Virus record (IMG/VR): IMGVR_UViG_3300049173_000066
Location: 1 to 37,949 of that record
DNA from: a virus
Taxonomy: Duplodnaviria > Caudoviricetes
Direction: 5' to 3' (one strand)
Length of the DNA stretch: 37,949 nucleotides
Positions 1 to 8,409 of the stretch are shown here, piece after piece. Position numbers and translations under genes: made by a program. The number at the start of each line of letters is the position of its first letter. Position 1 is the first letter of the stretch. The notes below the pieces were generated by a model, which saw only the letters and a list, made by a program, of their open reading frames with translations, did not search any database and was not told where the DNA came from.

Positions 1-1252
1 ACCCCGCCCCGTCCACCTCCCGCAACACCGCGGACACCACACCCCACGTGCCGTCCTCCACCCACCGCCGCAACCGCGTCTCCGCCGCATACGGATCCCC
101 CAACCGCTCCGGCAACAACGCCCACGCCCCCCGCGTCTGACACCGCCACGCGATCGCATCCAGAACCCGCCGATGATCCCCCCACGCAGGGCCCCGCGAC
201 GGCACCGACCGGTCCGGCAACAACGACGCCACCCGCGCCCACGCCGCATCCGACACCGGCATCCACGACCGGACCCGCTCCACCTCCACCGCCCGCACCA
301 ACTGCTCAAACTTGCCCGGCAACGGCTCCCACGGCCCATCCCCATCCCACCGGCCCGCCATCACCTCGTTCAACCGGGCCACACCCGACCGGTACGCCGC
401 GCTGAACCCCCACTGCCTAAGCGGCATCCCTGCCGGGTACAGCTCCGACCGGCCATCGGCGAACTGCCGGGATGCGGGGACCACGGTCACCCACAGCGCG
501 CCCGGGTCCGCCCCCTCCAGGGCACCCACCAGATCCCGCCGGAACCGCAGCCAGCGCTCCACCGCCACCACCGTGCCCTCACGCAGCCGCACCGTCTCCT
601 CCACCGCGGGCAGGTGCGCGGCGTTCTGCCGGTGCCACGCCGCCCGCAGCGTCCCGGCGTTCACGTCCATGTCCTCCAGGCGCCGGGCCACCATGTCCCC
701 ACTGGACATGCCCGTATCCAAAGCCACCCCGATCACCGCCAGCGTCCGCGCCAACAGCGCATCCAGCGGCGCCGACGCGGCCATGTCCGCCATCCGCCGA
801 TACAGCGCGGCCGCCTGAGCCGACGTCACCGGCGCCTTCGCCGCAGGCCGCCACACCCGCGGCAACAGCATCTCAACCCCCGCCTCCTCGCCCAGGATCG
901 CCAGGCAGTCCCGCGTCGTCCCGATCGACGACCACGGCAGCGGCCCCGACGCCTGCCTGGCCCGCGCCGGGTCCCGCAGCTCGCCGGCCGCCGCCAGCTC
1001 CAGGAACGCATCCACGCCCTCCGGCCCGAGCAGCACGGACACCGACCCGGTCGCCCCGTCCGGCATCTCCGGCCGCCCTATGGCGCGCTCCAACTGGCGC
1101 ACCGTGGCCCGCAGCTGGAGCGCCCGCGACGTCGACACCAGCCGTCCGCGCTTCAGCGGCGGCCGCACCTCCCACGCGGCCTCACTCCGCGGCGCGACCC
1201 GCTCCACCAACGCATCCAGCTGCCGGATCGCTGGTGGCGTCTTCCCGCTCAC
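1..1252 (-). CDS. Degenerate tyrosine-recombinase-fold protein fused to IS5-family N-terminal (DUF4096-like) domain; 3' end outside window
   Basis: Not in ORF track (no stop in window). Manual translation from GTG 1252 (overlaps recombinase TGA) is open to base 1; contains ARTLAVIGVALDTGMSSGDMVARRLEDMD (box I-like) and, from nt 262, PVSDAAWARVASLLP...DHRRVLDAIAWRCQTRGAWALLPERLG...LRRWVEDGTW. Confidence 0.75.
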   Translation of the reverse strand, partial: MSGKTPPAIRQLDALVERVAPRSEAAWEVRPPLKRGRLVSTSRALQLRATVRQLERAIGRPEMPDGATGSVSVLLGPEGVDAFLELAAAGELRDPARARQASGPLPWSSIGTTRDCLAILGEEAGVEMLLPRVWRPAAKAPVTSAQAAALYRRMADMAASAPLDALLARTLAVIGVALDTGMSSGDMVARRLEDMDVNAGTLRAAWHRQNAAHLPAVEETVRLREGTVVAVERWLRFRRDLVGALEGADPGALWVTVVPASRQFADGRSELYPAGMPLRQWGFSAAYRSGVARLNEVMAGRWDGDGPWEPLPGKFEQLVRAVEVERVRSWMPVSDAAWARVASLLPDRSVPSRGPAWGDHRRVLDAIAWRCQTRGAWALLPERLGDPYAAETRLRRWVEDGTWGVVSAVLREVDGAG

Positions 1253-2403
1253 CCCTGCCCCCTCTGCCTCTTCTCCTGCACCCTCAGCCACGGATTCTCC
1301 GCCCGCGACTGCGCCCGGTCCAGGTACTCCCGCTTCACCACCGCCGAGCCCGGCTTCCACCGGCCCTGCTTCGTCGGATCACCCCCGGCGTCCGCGATCT
1401 CCTGCGCACCGCCCCGGCGCAGCCCGTGCGCGGTGATCTCCTGCCAGTTCTTCAGCCCGGCCTTGTAGGCGCGGCCGCGCACCCAGTCATTGATGGCGTC
1501 ACCGGACACATGGTCACCGCGGTCGGTGGCAGTGGACCGGTTCTGGAGCGTTCCCGCGACGGTCAGGGCCCGGAAGAACGCGCCGTCGCGGACGCCGAGC
1601 CGGTGGAGCATGTTGAACCACGCGCGCGCGGCGTCCACGGGGCAGAGCAGCGGGTCGTCGGGATTGGCCGGGATGTGGGTGGGCTCGCCGTCGCCGTCCT
1701 GGTGGGTCTTGTCGAAGCGGATGTCGAGGGTGACGAAGTAGTCGTCCACGTCGACGTCCACGAGGAGCAGGTCGGCGAGTTCGATCCGCCTGTTCAGGGC
1801 GCCGCGGCCGAGGACGAGCGCGCACCGGTCACGGATACCGATCGGGTGCCGCTGGTCGCAGGTGCCGACCATGGCGCGGAACATGCCATCGGTGATGGCA
1901 GGCGCCTTCTTCACCCGGTTCCGCTTGCCCCACTCCTTCGCGTACTCGTTGATCATGCCGTTGACGACCCGGGTTCCGGGCTTGGCGTCCTCGGGCTGCA
2001 TGGAACGGATCGCCGACTTGTGGGTCTTGAGGCTGTTCGGGCTGTACCTGTCCTGGGCGATGAGGGAAGCGATGTACTCCACGTACGTCGCGGTCGTGCA
2101 CGGCTTGGCGACCCGTCCCATCTCGTCGCACCATCGCTCGAACATGCCCCGCTGGGACCGGTAGTTCCGGTCGGTGTTCTTCGGCGCCGACGCCTCGTCG
2201 ATGCGGCGGGCGGTCTCCTCGGAGACGTAGAAGTCCCGCTCGGTGTACGTGGGCCGTTTCGTGGCGGGGAGTTCCCCGGGCCGGAGGATGGTGTGCCTGT
2301 CGACGAGCGGCCGCGCGGTGGCGGGTTCGGTGAGGGCGGGGAAGTGGTCGTCGTCCACCAGCTCGGCATCGACCACCTCCTCGCCGTGGTGCAGCTCGCT
2401 CAC
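1249..2403 (-). CDS. Cre-like tyrosine recombinase/integrase
   Basis: RDRCALVLGRGALNRRIEL (box I Arg), ITAHGLRRGGA (HxxR), QGRW and REYL (Trp, Tyr); SAM-like N-terminal region; likely GTG start 2403 overlapping upstream TGA. Confidence 0.9.
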   Translation of the reverse strand: MSELHHGEEVVDAELVDDDHFPALTEPATARPLVDRHTILRPGELPATKRPTYTERDFYVSEETARRIDEASAPKNTDRNYRSQRGMFERWCDEMGRVAKPCTTATYVEYIASLIAQDRYSPNSLKTHKSAIRSMQPEDAKPGTRVVNGMINEYAKEWGKRNRVKKAPAITDGMFRAMVGTCDQRHPIGIRDRCALVLGRGALNRRIELADLLLVDVDVDDYFVTLDIRFDKTHQDGDGEPTHIPANPDDPLLCPVDAARAWFNMLHRLGVRDGAFFRALTVAGTLQNRSTATDRGDHVSGDAINDWVRGRAYKAGLKNWQEITAHGLRRGGAQEIADAGGDPTKQGRWKPGSAVVKREYLDRAQSRAENPWLRVQEKRQRGQG

Positions 2404-2939
2404 GGCTGCTTCCTGCGGCGCCAATAGGCTTCTTCGGTGTAGTCGAAGCGTTCCCATCCATCACGGCCCGCGTCCACGTTGACCTCCCAAGTCCGCTCTG
2501 GGACGCCGTTCTCATTAGCGGGCGGAACGCTGCTGTCGAATTGCTTGCGTGCGCCTTCGGTCGTCCGGTACTCGAAGTCCGGGTGCGCGAAGCGCGCGTG
2601 CAGTTCGGAGTCGGTCTTCCCTTCGCGCCAATCCATTGGGGCGTGCTGCACTTCGCGAAGGGCAGACAGAGGGCATCCCGTGTCGCAGGTGACTTCCTGG
2701 CACATAGGGCAACAGGCGTCGTCCTGTCCCCGTTCAACCTGGTCGGCGGTCGCGACCAGTTCCAAACGATCCTGATCGTCGCGGACCTGTTGCGCCACCA
2801 TGCGCAGGGTCGCGGCGACAACCTCATGGGCGTAGGCGTTGAGGTTGACGTCGATCACCCACTCCTCGCCCGGCTGCATCATGCGTCGGGACCGAAGCAC
2901 CTCGACGAATCGGTCCCGCGCGCTGGGCTCTTCCGACAT
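2400..2939 (-). CDS. Hypothetical phage protein with CPMC/C-x3-C cluster
   Basis: ORF 2400..3008; ATG 2939 preceded by AGGGG; stop overlaps recombinase start. Confidence 0.65.
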   Translation of the reverse strand: MSEEPSARDRFVEVLRSRRMMQPGEEWVIDVNLNAYAHEVVAATLRMVAQQVRDDQDRLELVATADQVERGQDDACCPMCQEVTCDTGCPLSALREVQHAPMDWREGKTDSELHARFAHPDFEYRTTEGARKQFDSSVPPANENGVPERTWEVNVDAGRDGWERFDYTEEAYWRRRKQP

Positions 2940-2964
2940 AGTTTCGCCCCTTGATCGCTTCCCT

Positions 2965-3372
2965 CTACGCTCCGAGTTCATCGCGCAAAGCGCGGGTCCG
3001 CTCTTCACGGGCCTGTACTTCGGCCTTCACGGCTTCGTCCTTAATCTGGTCGGCGGGGTGCAGCAGCTTCCCGGCGCGGCACTGCTGAGCGAACGCCACT
3101 GCGGCGGCGGCGACTTTCTGTCCGTCGAGATTGCCTCCGGTGAAGCGGACGAAGGGCTCTCCGCCGTCAGTGGCCTCCTCGGTTTCCTGAAGGCGCCGCT
3201 CGAACCGCTCCAGGTACCGGCGTACCTCGGCAGCCTTCTCCCAGGCGTATCGGATGTTGCCGTCCTCGATCGCTCCGGCCAGTCGTCCGAAGAGGTCGAC
3301 AGCGCCGACGTACTCCTCGGCGAGGTTGTTCTCCGGCGTGCTGCCGCCCAGCATCTCGTACAGGTGGCTCAC
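2965..3372 (-). CDS. Hypothetical helical protein
   Basis: 135-aa ORF, GAGGGG SD before GTG, plausible composition. Confidence 0.7.
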   Translation of the reverse strand: MSHLYEMLGGSTPENNLAEEYVGAVDLFGRLAGAIEDGNIRYAWEKAAEVRRYLERFERRLQETEEATDGGEPFVRFTGGNLDGQKVAAAAVAFAQQCRAGKLLHPADQIKDEAVKAEVQAREERTRALRDELGA

Positions 3373-3421
3373 GCTGATCCCCTCTCAGGCCCGCCCTGGT
3401 AAGCAGGCTTGCATAAGGAAA

Positions 3422-3427
3422 ATTATA
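3422..3427 (-). promoter_or_regulatory. Candidate -10 element (TATAAT) upstream of the accessory/recombinase genes
   Basis: Perfect TATAAT on minus strand in an AT-rich patch 50 nt upstream of GTG 3372; no clear -35. Confidence 0.4.
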
Positions 3428-3571
3428 TGGGGGTGATGATCGACTGGTGCCCCGACTCGGCGAACGGGGCGCCTGCGGGGCTCTAAACACACGTTATGCG
3501 CTTCTGTGAGAGCGATCCTGCGCCGATCGTCCGGCGCACAGTCGAGGCAGAGGTGGGCAGCTACTAGCGCT

Positions 3572-3865
3572 TCACGAGACGCACCCGGGAGCCGGGCCCT
3601 CACCCATGATCTCCAGGGTCCACCGTCCGTTGTCGCACCGGGCGGAGGCGCAGATCTTCCCCTTCCGCCCATCGGGGAGTTCCACTTCGAGGGTGGGCGT
3701 GTTGGGCATGCCGAAGAGCGGGGGCGGGGCGGTGGCTGGCACTCGGGCCGTCCCCTCCCACGACCGCTGGTATTCGAATCCGTCGAAAGGGTGCCGCTCT
3801 TCGTGTAGAGAGACATGGGGGAACTGGACGCCGCCGATGATTGCCGGGCCTTCATAGGTGAACAC
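3572..3865 (-). CDS. Hypothetical protein
   Basis: 97-aa ORF with GGAGGT SD before GTG. Confidence 0.7.
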   Translation of the reverse strand: MFTYEGPAIIGGVQFPHVSLHEERHPFDGFEYQRSWEGTARVPATAPPPLFGMPNTPTLEVELPDGRKGKICASARCDNGRWTLEIMGEGPAPGCVS

Positions 3866-3898
3866 GGGGCACCTCCTGCCGCTCGGGCGTGACTAGAG

Positions 3899-4408
3899 TC
3901 AAGCGTTGATCCATTGCCCGTTGCGCACGAACCCGTGCGTGCCGCAGCACGACCACAGCAGCGAGGGCTCCATGTGCAGCGGCTCGCGGGAGACCAATGT
4001 GTGCTCCGGCGCGGCTTGCGGCATCCATCGGTCCTGTTGGCTGCACCAGTGCCAGAACCAGGGGTTCGGATCACTCGGGTCTGCCGTCAGTTCTGGCGGA
4101 ACCCAGCCGTACGCGAGGTTAGGGGCGAGGTCGTGGACTTCGGTCCACCAGTCGCACCATTCGGTCGGCGGTGTCGAGCGGTCGCGATCGCCCACCGCGA
4201 AGATGGCCTTGGTGTCAGCGAGCGTCAGGCCCTCAAGCGACAGCCAGCAGGAGCACAGGGACACTGCACTGCACTTCTCCCCGCACGTCTCGCAGGTCCA
4301 GGGCGGGCATTCGCCGCAGTGCTCGGTCGGAAACAGGTCGTCCGGCGTACCGGTGGGTTCAGCCTTGGTCCGACCGCAGCCCTTGCAGGCGAGGGTAGGC
4401 GTCGTCAT
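3899..4408 (-). CDS. Cys-rich protein with C-terminal DUF6527-like motif
   Basis: Several CxxC pairs; C-terminus EPLHMEPSLLWSCCGTHGFVRNGQW. Confidence 0.55.
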   Translation of the reverse strand: MTTPTLACKGCGRTKAEPTGTPDDLFPTEHCGECPPWTCETCGEKCSAVSLCSCWLSLEGLTLADTKAIFAVGDRDRSTPPTEWCDWWTEVHDLAPNLAYGWVPPELTADPSDPNPWFWHWCSQQDRWMPQAAPEHTLVSREPLHMEPSLLWSCCGTHGFVRNGQWINA

Positions 4409-4474
4409 GCCGTCATGGTCTCGCGCTACTGACCAGACGTTCCCCCCGGACCCGGAAGCAACTCTGCCACTCCG

Positions 4475-4720
4475 TCATGCTCGCCACTTCTTCTGGTAGT
4501 CGGGGTGGTCGCGCCACCGGCGGGCGATTAGGTGAAGCTGATGAAACTCGAAGGCCGCGCTCTGTCTGTCGCGCATCTCGACTTCAGCAGCAAGGGCGGG
4601 TTCCATCTCTGAGTCATACGAGCTGCGGCGCAGCGGTTCCAGCCTGGCGGTGATGAAGCTGATGATGCTGTCGAAATCTTCGATGCTGGGTGGCACGGTG
4701 CGGGTGGGCTGCTCACTCAT
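4475..4720 (-). CDS. DUF6221-like protein (short form)
   Basis: FITARL near N-terminus and LIARRWRDHPDYQKKW C-terminal signature. Confidence 0.65.
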   Translation of the reverse strand: MSEQPTRTVPPSIEDFDSIISFITARLEPLRRSSYDSEMEPALAAEVEMRDRQSAAFEFHQLHLIARRWRDHPDYQKKWRA

Positions 4721-4792
4721 GGTCCACTTCCCTGATCAAGATCACTGATATGTGAGCTTATCGCGAACCAGACAGCATGATCCCCAGCGAGG

Positions 4793-4825
4793 TCGCGTCG
4801 GATAAGGAGAGGTTATCCGACGCGA
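4793..4825. repeat. Perfect 13-bp inverted repeat in divergent intergenic region
   Basis: TCGCGTCGGATAA-ggagagg-TTATCCGACGCGA. Confidence 0.85.
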
Positions 4826-4940
4826 TCACAAGACGATGCCCCTGGCGCGCGTCAACCGGAGGTCGCATCCGGATCTTCGTCAGGAACGATCCTAAGCGTC
4901 GGGCCCCATGACACCCCAAGAGCACCCTTCGAACTTGCAT

Positions 4941-4986
4941 CCAAGACATTCCTAGACTTTCCTAGAGCTTCCTTGGTCGGTAGTCT
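4941..4986 (+). promoter_or_regulatory. Leaderless promoter candidate with three phased 10-bp direct repeats
   Basis: CCAAGACATT CCTAGACTTT CCTAGAGCTT, then TAGTCT (4981-4986) 6 nt before ATG 4993. Confidence 0.55.
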
Positions 4987-4992
4987 GGCGGC

Positions 4993-5292
4993 ATGTCAGA
5001 CACTCCATCGCCCACCGGCGCCTGCTACTGCGGCTGCGGCAAGTCGGTCGGCTACGGCCGCCTCTTCGCCTCGGGCCACGACAAGATGGCCGAGGCCGCG
5101 TTCATCGCCGTCCACCACGGTGGGTCGGTCGCCCAGCTCCTCCAGGAGCACGGCTACGGCCCCGATGAGTCCATCACCCAGACCGCCGTCGCCGTGGGGG
5201 CCTGGGAGAAGTGCCCCAAGTGCGAGTACGTCGGGGCCCCCGCCAGCATCCGGAACCACCTGAACCGCCACCACCGCACCACCGAGCAGTGA
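4993..5292 (+). CDS. Small zinc-binding protein (CxCGC...GHD motif plus C2H2-like end)
   Basis: CYCGCG...FASGHD and CPKC...IRNHLNRHH. Confidence 0.75.
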   Translation: MSDTPSPTGACYCGCGKSVGYGRLFASGHDKMAEAAFIAVHHGGSVAQLLQEHGYGPDESITQTAVAVGAWEKCPKCEYVGAPASIRNHLNRHHRTTEQ

Positions 5293-5303
5293 GGACACCG
5301 ACC

Positions 5304-5672
5304 ATGAGCATCGACCCGCGCGCCCGGGCCTTAGCGAAAGCCCGACAGGACATGGCCGCCCGAGAGTCGTCCATGGCCCCCGACTGGGACAACCTGCCAG
5401 AGGACACGAAGAAGATCCGCATCAGCGAAGCCGCCGAGTGGCTGCAAGCAGCTGTCGAAGCCGGAATCGCCCCGCTCGCCGAACGCCCCACCGACGAGCA
5501 CGATGCGGTCTGGCTCGACGACGAGGGCCTGCTGTGGGCCGAGTACCAGACCAGCCCGCCGTCGTACGGCGACGCCATCCTCCGCCTCGTCTGGGCATCC
5601 GACGAGTGCAGTTCCAAGCGCGACCTGGAGGACCAGGGCGCCGAGTTCCGACTCATCGGCTGGAGCAAGTAG
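5304..5672 (+). CDS. Hypothetical phage protein
   Basis: ATG 5304 after GAGGA; GC3-rich codons. Confidence 0.7.
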   Translation: MSIDPRARALAKARQDMAARESSMAPDWDNLPEDTKKIRISEAAEWLQAAVEAGIAPLAERPTDEHDAVWLDDEGLLWAEYQTSPPSYGDAILRLVWASDECSSKRDLEDQGAEFRLIGWSK

Positions 5673-5695
5673 TCCACCTGAGAACCGCCGCAGCA

Positions 5696-5730
5696 CGGTG
5701 CCCCGCCTGAGGAAAGCAGGCGGGGCACCG
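5696..5730. terminator. Likely bidirectional terminator hairpin between convergent units
   Basis: 14-bp perfect stem CGGTGCCCCGCCTG / CAGGCGGGGCACCG, 7-nt loop. Confidence 0.75.
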
Positions 5731-5748
5731 CCGTGTCAGCGTAGCCGC

Positions 5749-5782
5749 TCACCTGGGGTTTCCAGTCACCTGGGGTTTCCAG
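5749..5782. repeat. Tandem 17-bp direct repeat x2
   Basis: TCACCTGGGGTTTCCAG at 5749-5765 and 5766-5782. Confidence 0.9.
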
Positions 5783-5839
5783 AGAGATGCGGAGGGCAGG
5801 ACTCCATTATTTATGTCCACAATCTACCGGACATCGAGA

Positions 5840-6997
5840 TCAGGCTGTCGTTCCATCAGTGATCAACCCCAGCGAAGCCAGCGCCGACAACAGTGAAGCC
5901 AGGGCGGCATTCCCGCCCCGAGACCCGGTCACCGTCGGCCTCGCCACCGCAGCACTCCCATAGAACCCGGCCGTCGAACCGACGTGCTTCAACGCCCCGC
6001 CGACCGTGAACGCCCCGTCCGTACGAACCGAGTTCACACCATCGCGGTACACGAAGCTGTCCCGCGCGGCACTGCCAGACCCTAGAGCCAGCTTCCCCGA
6101 CGCCTCGACCCGCCACCGGTCGAACGTGTCGCCCGCGACCCCGCCGCCCATAGCGGCCGACGTGGGCGTTCCGACGTTGACGGTGAGGGTGCCGGTCATC
6201 GTGCTGCCGGTCTTGTAGACGACGCCGTTCTCCAACGCCAGGACCCGGTTCAGGGCGTCCGTAATGTAGCCGTTGACGCTCGTGAAGCCGCTCTCCACGG
6301 CGCTCACCCGGCCCGCCAGAACGTCCGCGTCCGCCTGGGTGTACGCGCCGATCGCGCCCGGGGCGACCGGGTCCGAGCCGCCTGTCGCGTGCGAGCCAGC
6401 GTGAGACATCGGGGGGCGCGCGTTCGTCGTCGTCGGGTCATCGCTCCGCAGCGCGATCGTCGGCCCGGCGCCCGCGTCACCCAGCGGCGGCTGCGGGCCT
6501 GCGGGTCCGGCCGGGCCCTGCTCGCCATCCGCTCCTGCCGGTCCTGCGGGCCCGGTTGCCCCAGCAGGACCTTCGGGGCCCGTCGCGCCAGTCGCGCCAG
6601 TCGCGCCAGTCGCGCCCTGCGGCCCCGGCACGTACACCACCGTCCCGCCGCCCGTGATGGTGCCGGACAGGTCCACCCGCAGGTCACCCAGCCAGTACGG
6701 GCCGCCCGCCTCCGGGACGAGGATGTACGTCAGGATCGGCGCGCCGTCCAGCGCCCGGCCCTCCATCACCGCCCACAGCGTGTCCCCCGCGACGGACTCG
6801 ACCCCCGAGTTCGGCAGCAGGTCCGCCGACCACGCCCCGTCCGTGCCCGGCGTGATCCGCACCGGCTGCACGATCTCGCCCTCAGCGGAGGCCACGTAGC
6901 CCACAGCGCGGGCACCGGTCACGTCGACCAGCTCGGCCGCGACCTCGATCCGGGCTGGTGTGCTCGGGCCGATCAGCTTGCCCTTCACGGTGGTCAT
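5840..6997 (-). CDS. Collagen-repeat tail/head fibre protein
   Basis: Gly-X-Y run (GATGATGATG...GPAGPAGPQ); fibre-like C-terminus [15 protein letters not shown]...LASLGLI. Confidence 0.75.
   Translation of the reverse strand: MTTVKGKLIGPSTPARIEVAAELVDVTGARAVGYVASAEGEIVQPVRITPGTDGAWSADLLPNSGVESVAGDTLWAVMEGRALDGAPILTYILVPEAGGPYWLGDLRVDLSGTITGGGTVVYVPGPQGATGATGATGATGPEGPAGATGPAGPAGADGEQGPAGPAGPQPPLGDAGAGPTIALRSDDPTTTNARPPMSHAGSHATGGSDPVAPGAIGAYTQADADVLAGRVSAVESGFTSVNGYITDALNRVLALENGVVYKTGSTMTGTLTVNVGTPTSAAMGGGVAGDTFDRWRVEASGKLALGSGSAARDSFVYRDGVNSVRTDGAFTVGGALKHVGSTAGFYGSAAVARPTVTGSRGGNAALASLLSALASLGLITDGTTA
6582..6616. repeat. 9-bp coding tandem repeat (GTCGCGCCA) x~4
   Basis: Encodes Gly-Ala-Thr collagen triplets on the minus strand. 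Confidence 0.85.
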
Positions 6998-7009
6998 GGC
7001 GATCTCCAG

Positions 7010-7693
7010 TCAGTAGCGGCGGCGCTCCGGAGCGAGCCCGAGTAGCCCCATGCCGCTCGGGCTGTCAGATGGTTGGGGCTGCGGCGCGCCGTCCCTGCGG
7101 CACACCAGCGCGTCGGGGTCCCAGGACGGGGCCTGGAGGCTGTACCCGTCCGGGCAAGCAGGACCGGCCGGGCCGCGGTCGCCCGTCTCGCCTTTGTCCC
7201 CCTTCTCACCCTGCGGGCCCTGCGCCCCTTGGGGGCCTTCCGGCCCCGGCGGTCCCGCGGCCCCGGCGGCGCCATCCGAGCCGTTGCTGCCATCCGCCCC
7301 GTTCGCCCCGTCGGAACCGTCGGCCCCGCTGGCACCGGGCCGCCCTGGGGACCCCGACGGGCCAGGACTCCCCGGATGCCCGCTCGAGCCATCCCGGCCA
7401 TCCTTCCCGTCCTCACCAGGCCGCCCCGTCGGCCCAGGCGATCCCGGAGGACCAGACGGACCCACATCACCCGGCGTTCCCCGCGACCCCGGCGGGCCGG
7501 CCACTGGCGACTCCCCCAATCCCTGCACCTGCGCGGCGAGCTGGTCTCGGGCTCGGTTCGCGTCCGCCAAGTCCTTGGACAGCCGCAGGAAAGCGGTCAG
7601 GCCGACGGCCAGCAGCGCGGCGAACAGCAGGGCGGCGGCGGCCGCGATGTAGTCCCCGCGGCGCCGCCGTTTACGGGCCTCCACCCGAGTCAT
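7010..7693 (-). CDS. Membrane-anchored collagen-like protein of the lysis cassette
   Basis: ATG 7693 overlaps upstream TGA; basic N-terminus, TM helix, coiled coil, long Gly-X-Y tract, C-terminal Cys pair. Confidence 0.8.
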   Translation of the reverse strand: MTRVEARKRRRRGDYIAAAAALLFAALLAVGLTAFLRLSKDLADANRARDQLAAQVQGLGESPVAGPPGSRGTPGDVGPSGPPGSPGPTGRPGEDGKDGRDGSSGHPGSPGPSGSPGRPGASGADGSDGANGADGSNGSDGAAGAAGPPGPEGPQGAQGPQGEKGDKGETGDRGPAGPACPDGYSLQAPSWDPDALVCRRDGAPQPQPSDSPSGMGLLGLAPERRRY

Positions 7694-8004
7694 GCCCCAG
7701 CCCCCCTCAACACCATCACCAGCGGCAGCACGATCCCGATCAGTGGGATGATGACCGACGCGACGAGCCACCGGCGGGTCTGGGTGACCCGCTCGGCGTC
7801 CCGCTCCCGCTGCCCCTGCAACCCCTCCACCGCCTTCGTCAACTCAGCAATGTCTTTGGCCACGCCCGCCTTCTCGACCGCGTACACGTCGAGGCTGACC
7901 ATCCGATCGAGGCGAGCGTTAAGGCCGGCGATGTCATCGCGGATGTCGCCGCGCATGAGTTCGATGAGCCGCCCCAGCTCGCCCAGAGACGGCTCATCGG
8001 CCAT
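7690..8004 (-). CDS. Coiled-coil membrane protein (lysis accessory)
   Basis: Coiled coil plus C-terminal TM helix, directly after holin. Confidence 0.75.
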   Translation of the reverse strand: MADEPSLGELGRLIELMRGDIRDDIAGLNARLDRMVSLDVYAVEKAGVAKDIAELTKAVEGLQGQRERDAERVTQTRRWLVASVIIPLIGIVLPLVMVLRGAGA

Positions 8005-8031
8005 GTCGTGCTCCGAGGGTGGATAAGGCGC

Positions 8032-8394
8032 TCAGGAGACCGAGCGGACCGGCCGCACGACGGCGGACGCCGGTACGGGGGCGGTGACCTGCGTGCGGTC
8101 GAACATGGCGACCACGGCGGCGGCCACGGACAGGACGACCGCCTGCCGTTCGGCGGACCAGTCCAGGCCGAAGCCGACCGCGAGCGCCAGAGTGGCTTGG
8201 ACGAAGCCGAGGACGGCGGCGCCGACACCGTCGTTGGCCATCACCGCCAGGATGAGTCCGACCAGCGCGGCGGCGAGCGCGTTCACCACGGCCTGCTGCT
8301 CGCCGCTGACGTCGAGGCCGAATGCGGCGGCCATCTTCACGAGGACGGCCACGAGGCCGAGCCACATGGCGGGTTCTCTCTTCAGGATGAGCAC
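8032..8394 (-). CDS. Holin
   Basis: 120 aa, about 4 hydrophobic segments, follows endolysin. Confidence 0.75.
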   Translation of the reverse strand: MLILKREPAMWLGLVAVLVKMAAAFGLDVSGEQQAVVNALAAALVGLILAVMANDGVGAAVLGFVQATLALAVGFGLDWSAERQAVVLSVAAAVVAMFDRTQVTAPVPASAVVRPVRSVS

Positions 8395-8409
8395 TTCTCT
8401 ACTCCTTGA

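Noticed and set aside
1-262. Stand-alone IS5 insertion sequence
   Set aside because: In frame with the upstream ORF; no inverted repeat, SD or DDE core visible; cannot be fully excluded because the window ends
173-2427. Long plus-strand ORFs 173..1468 and 472..2427
   Set aside because: Arg/Pro-rich antisense shadows of the minus-strand genes, typical at high GC
5749-6616. Short repeats as a CRISPR array
   Set aside because: No spacers, too few and too short, no cas genes; the 9-bp repeat is collagen coding
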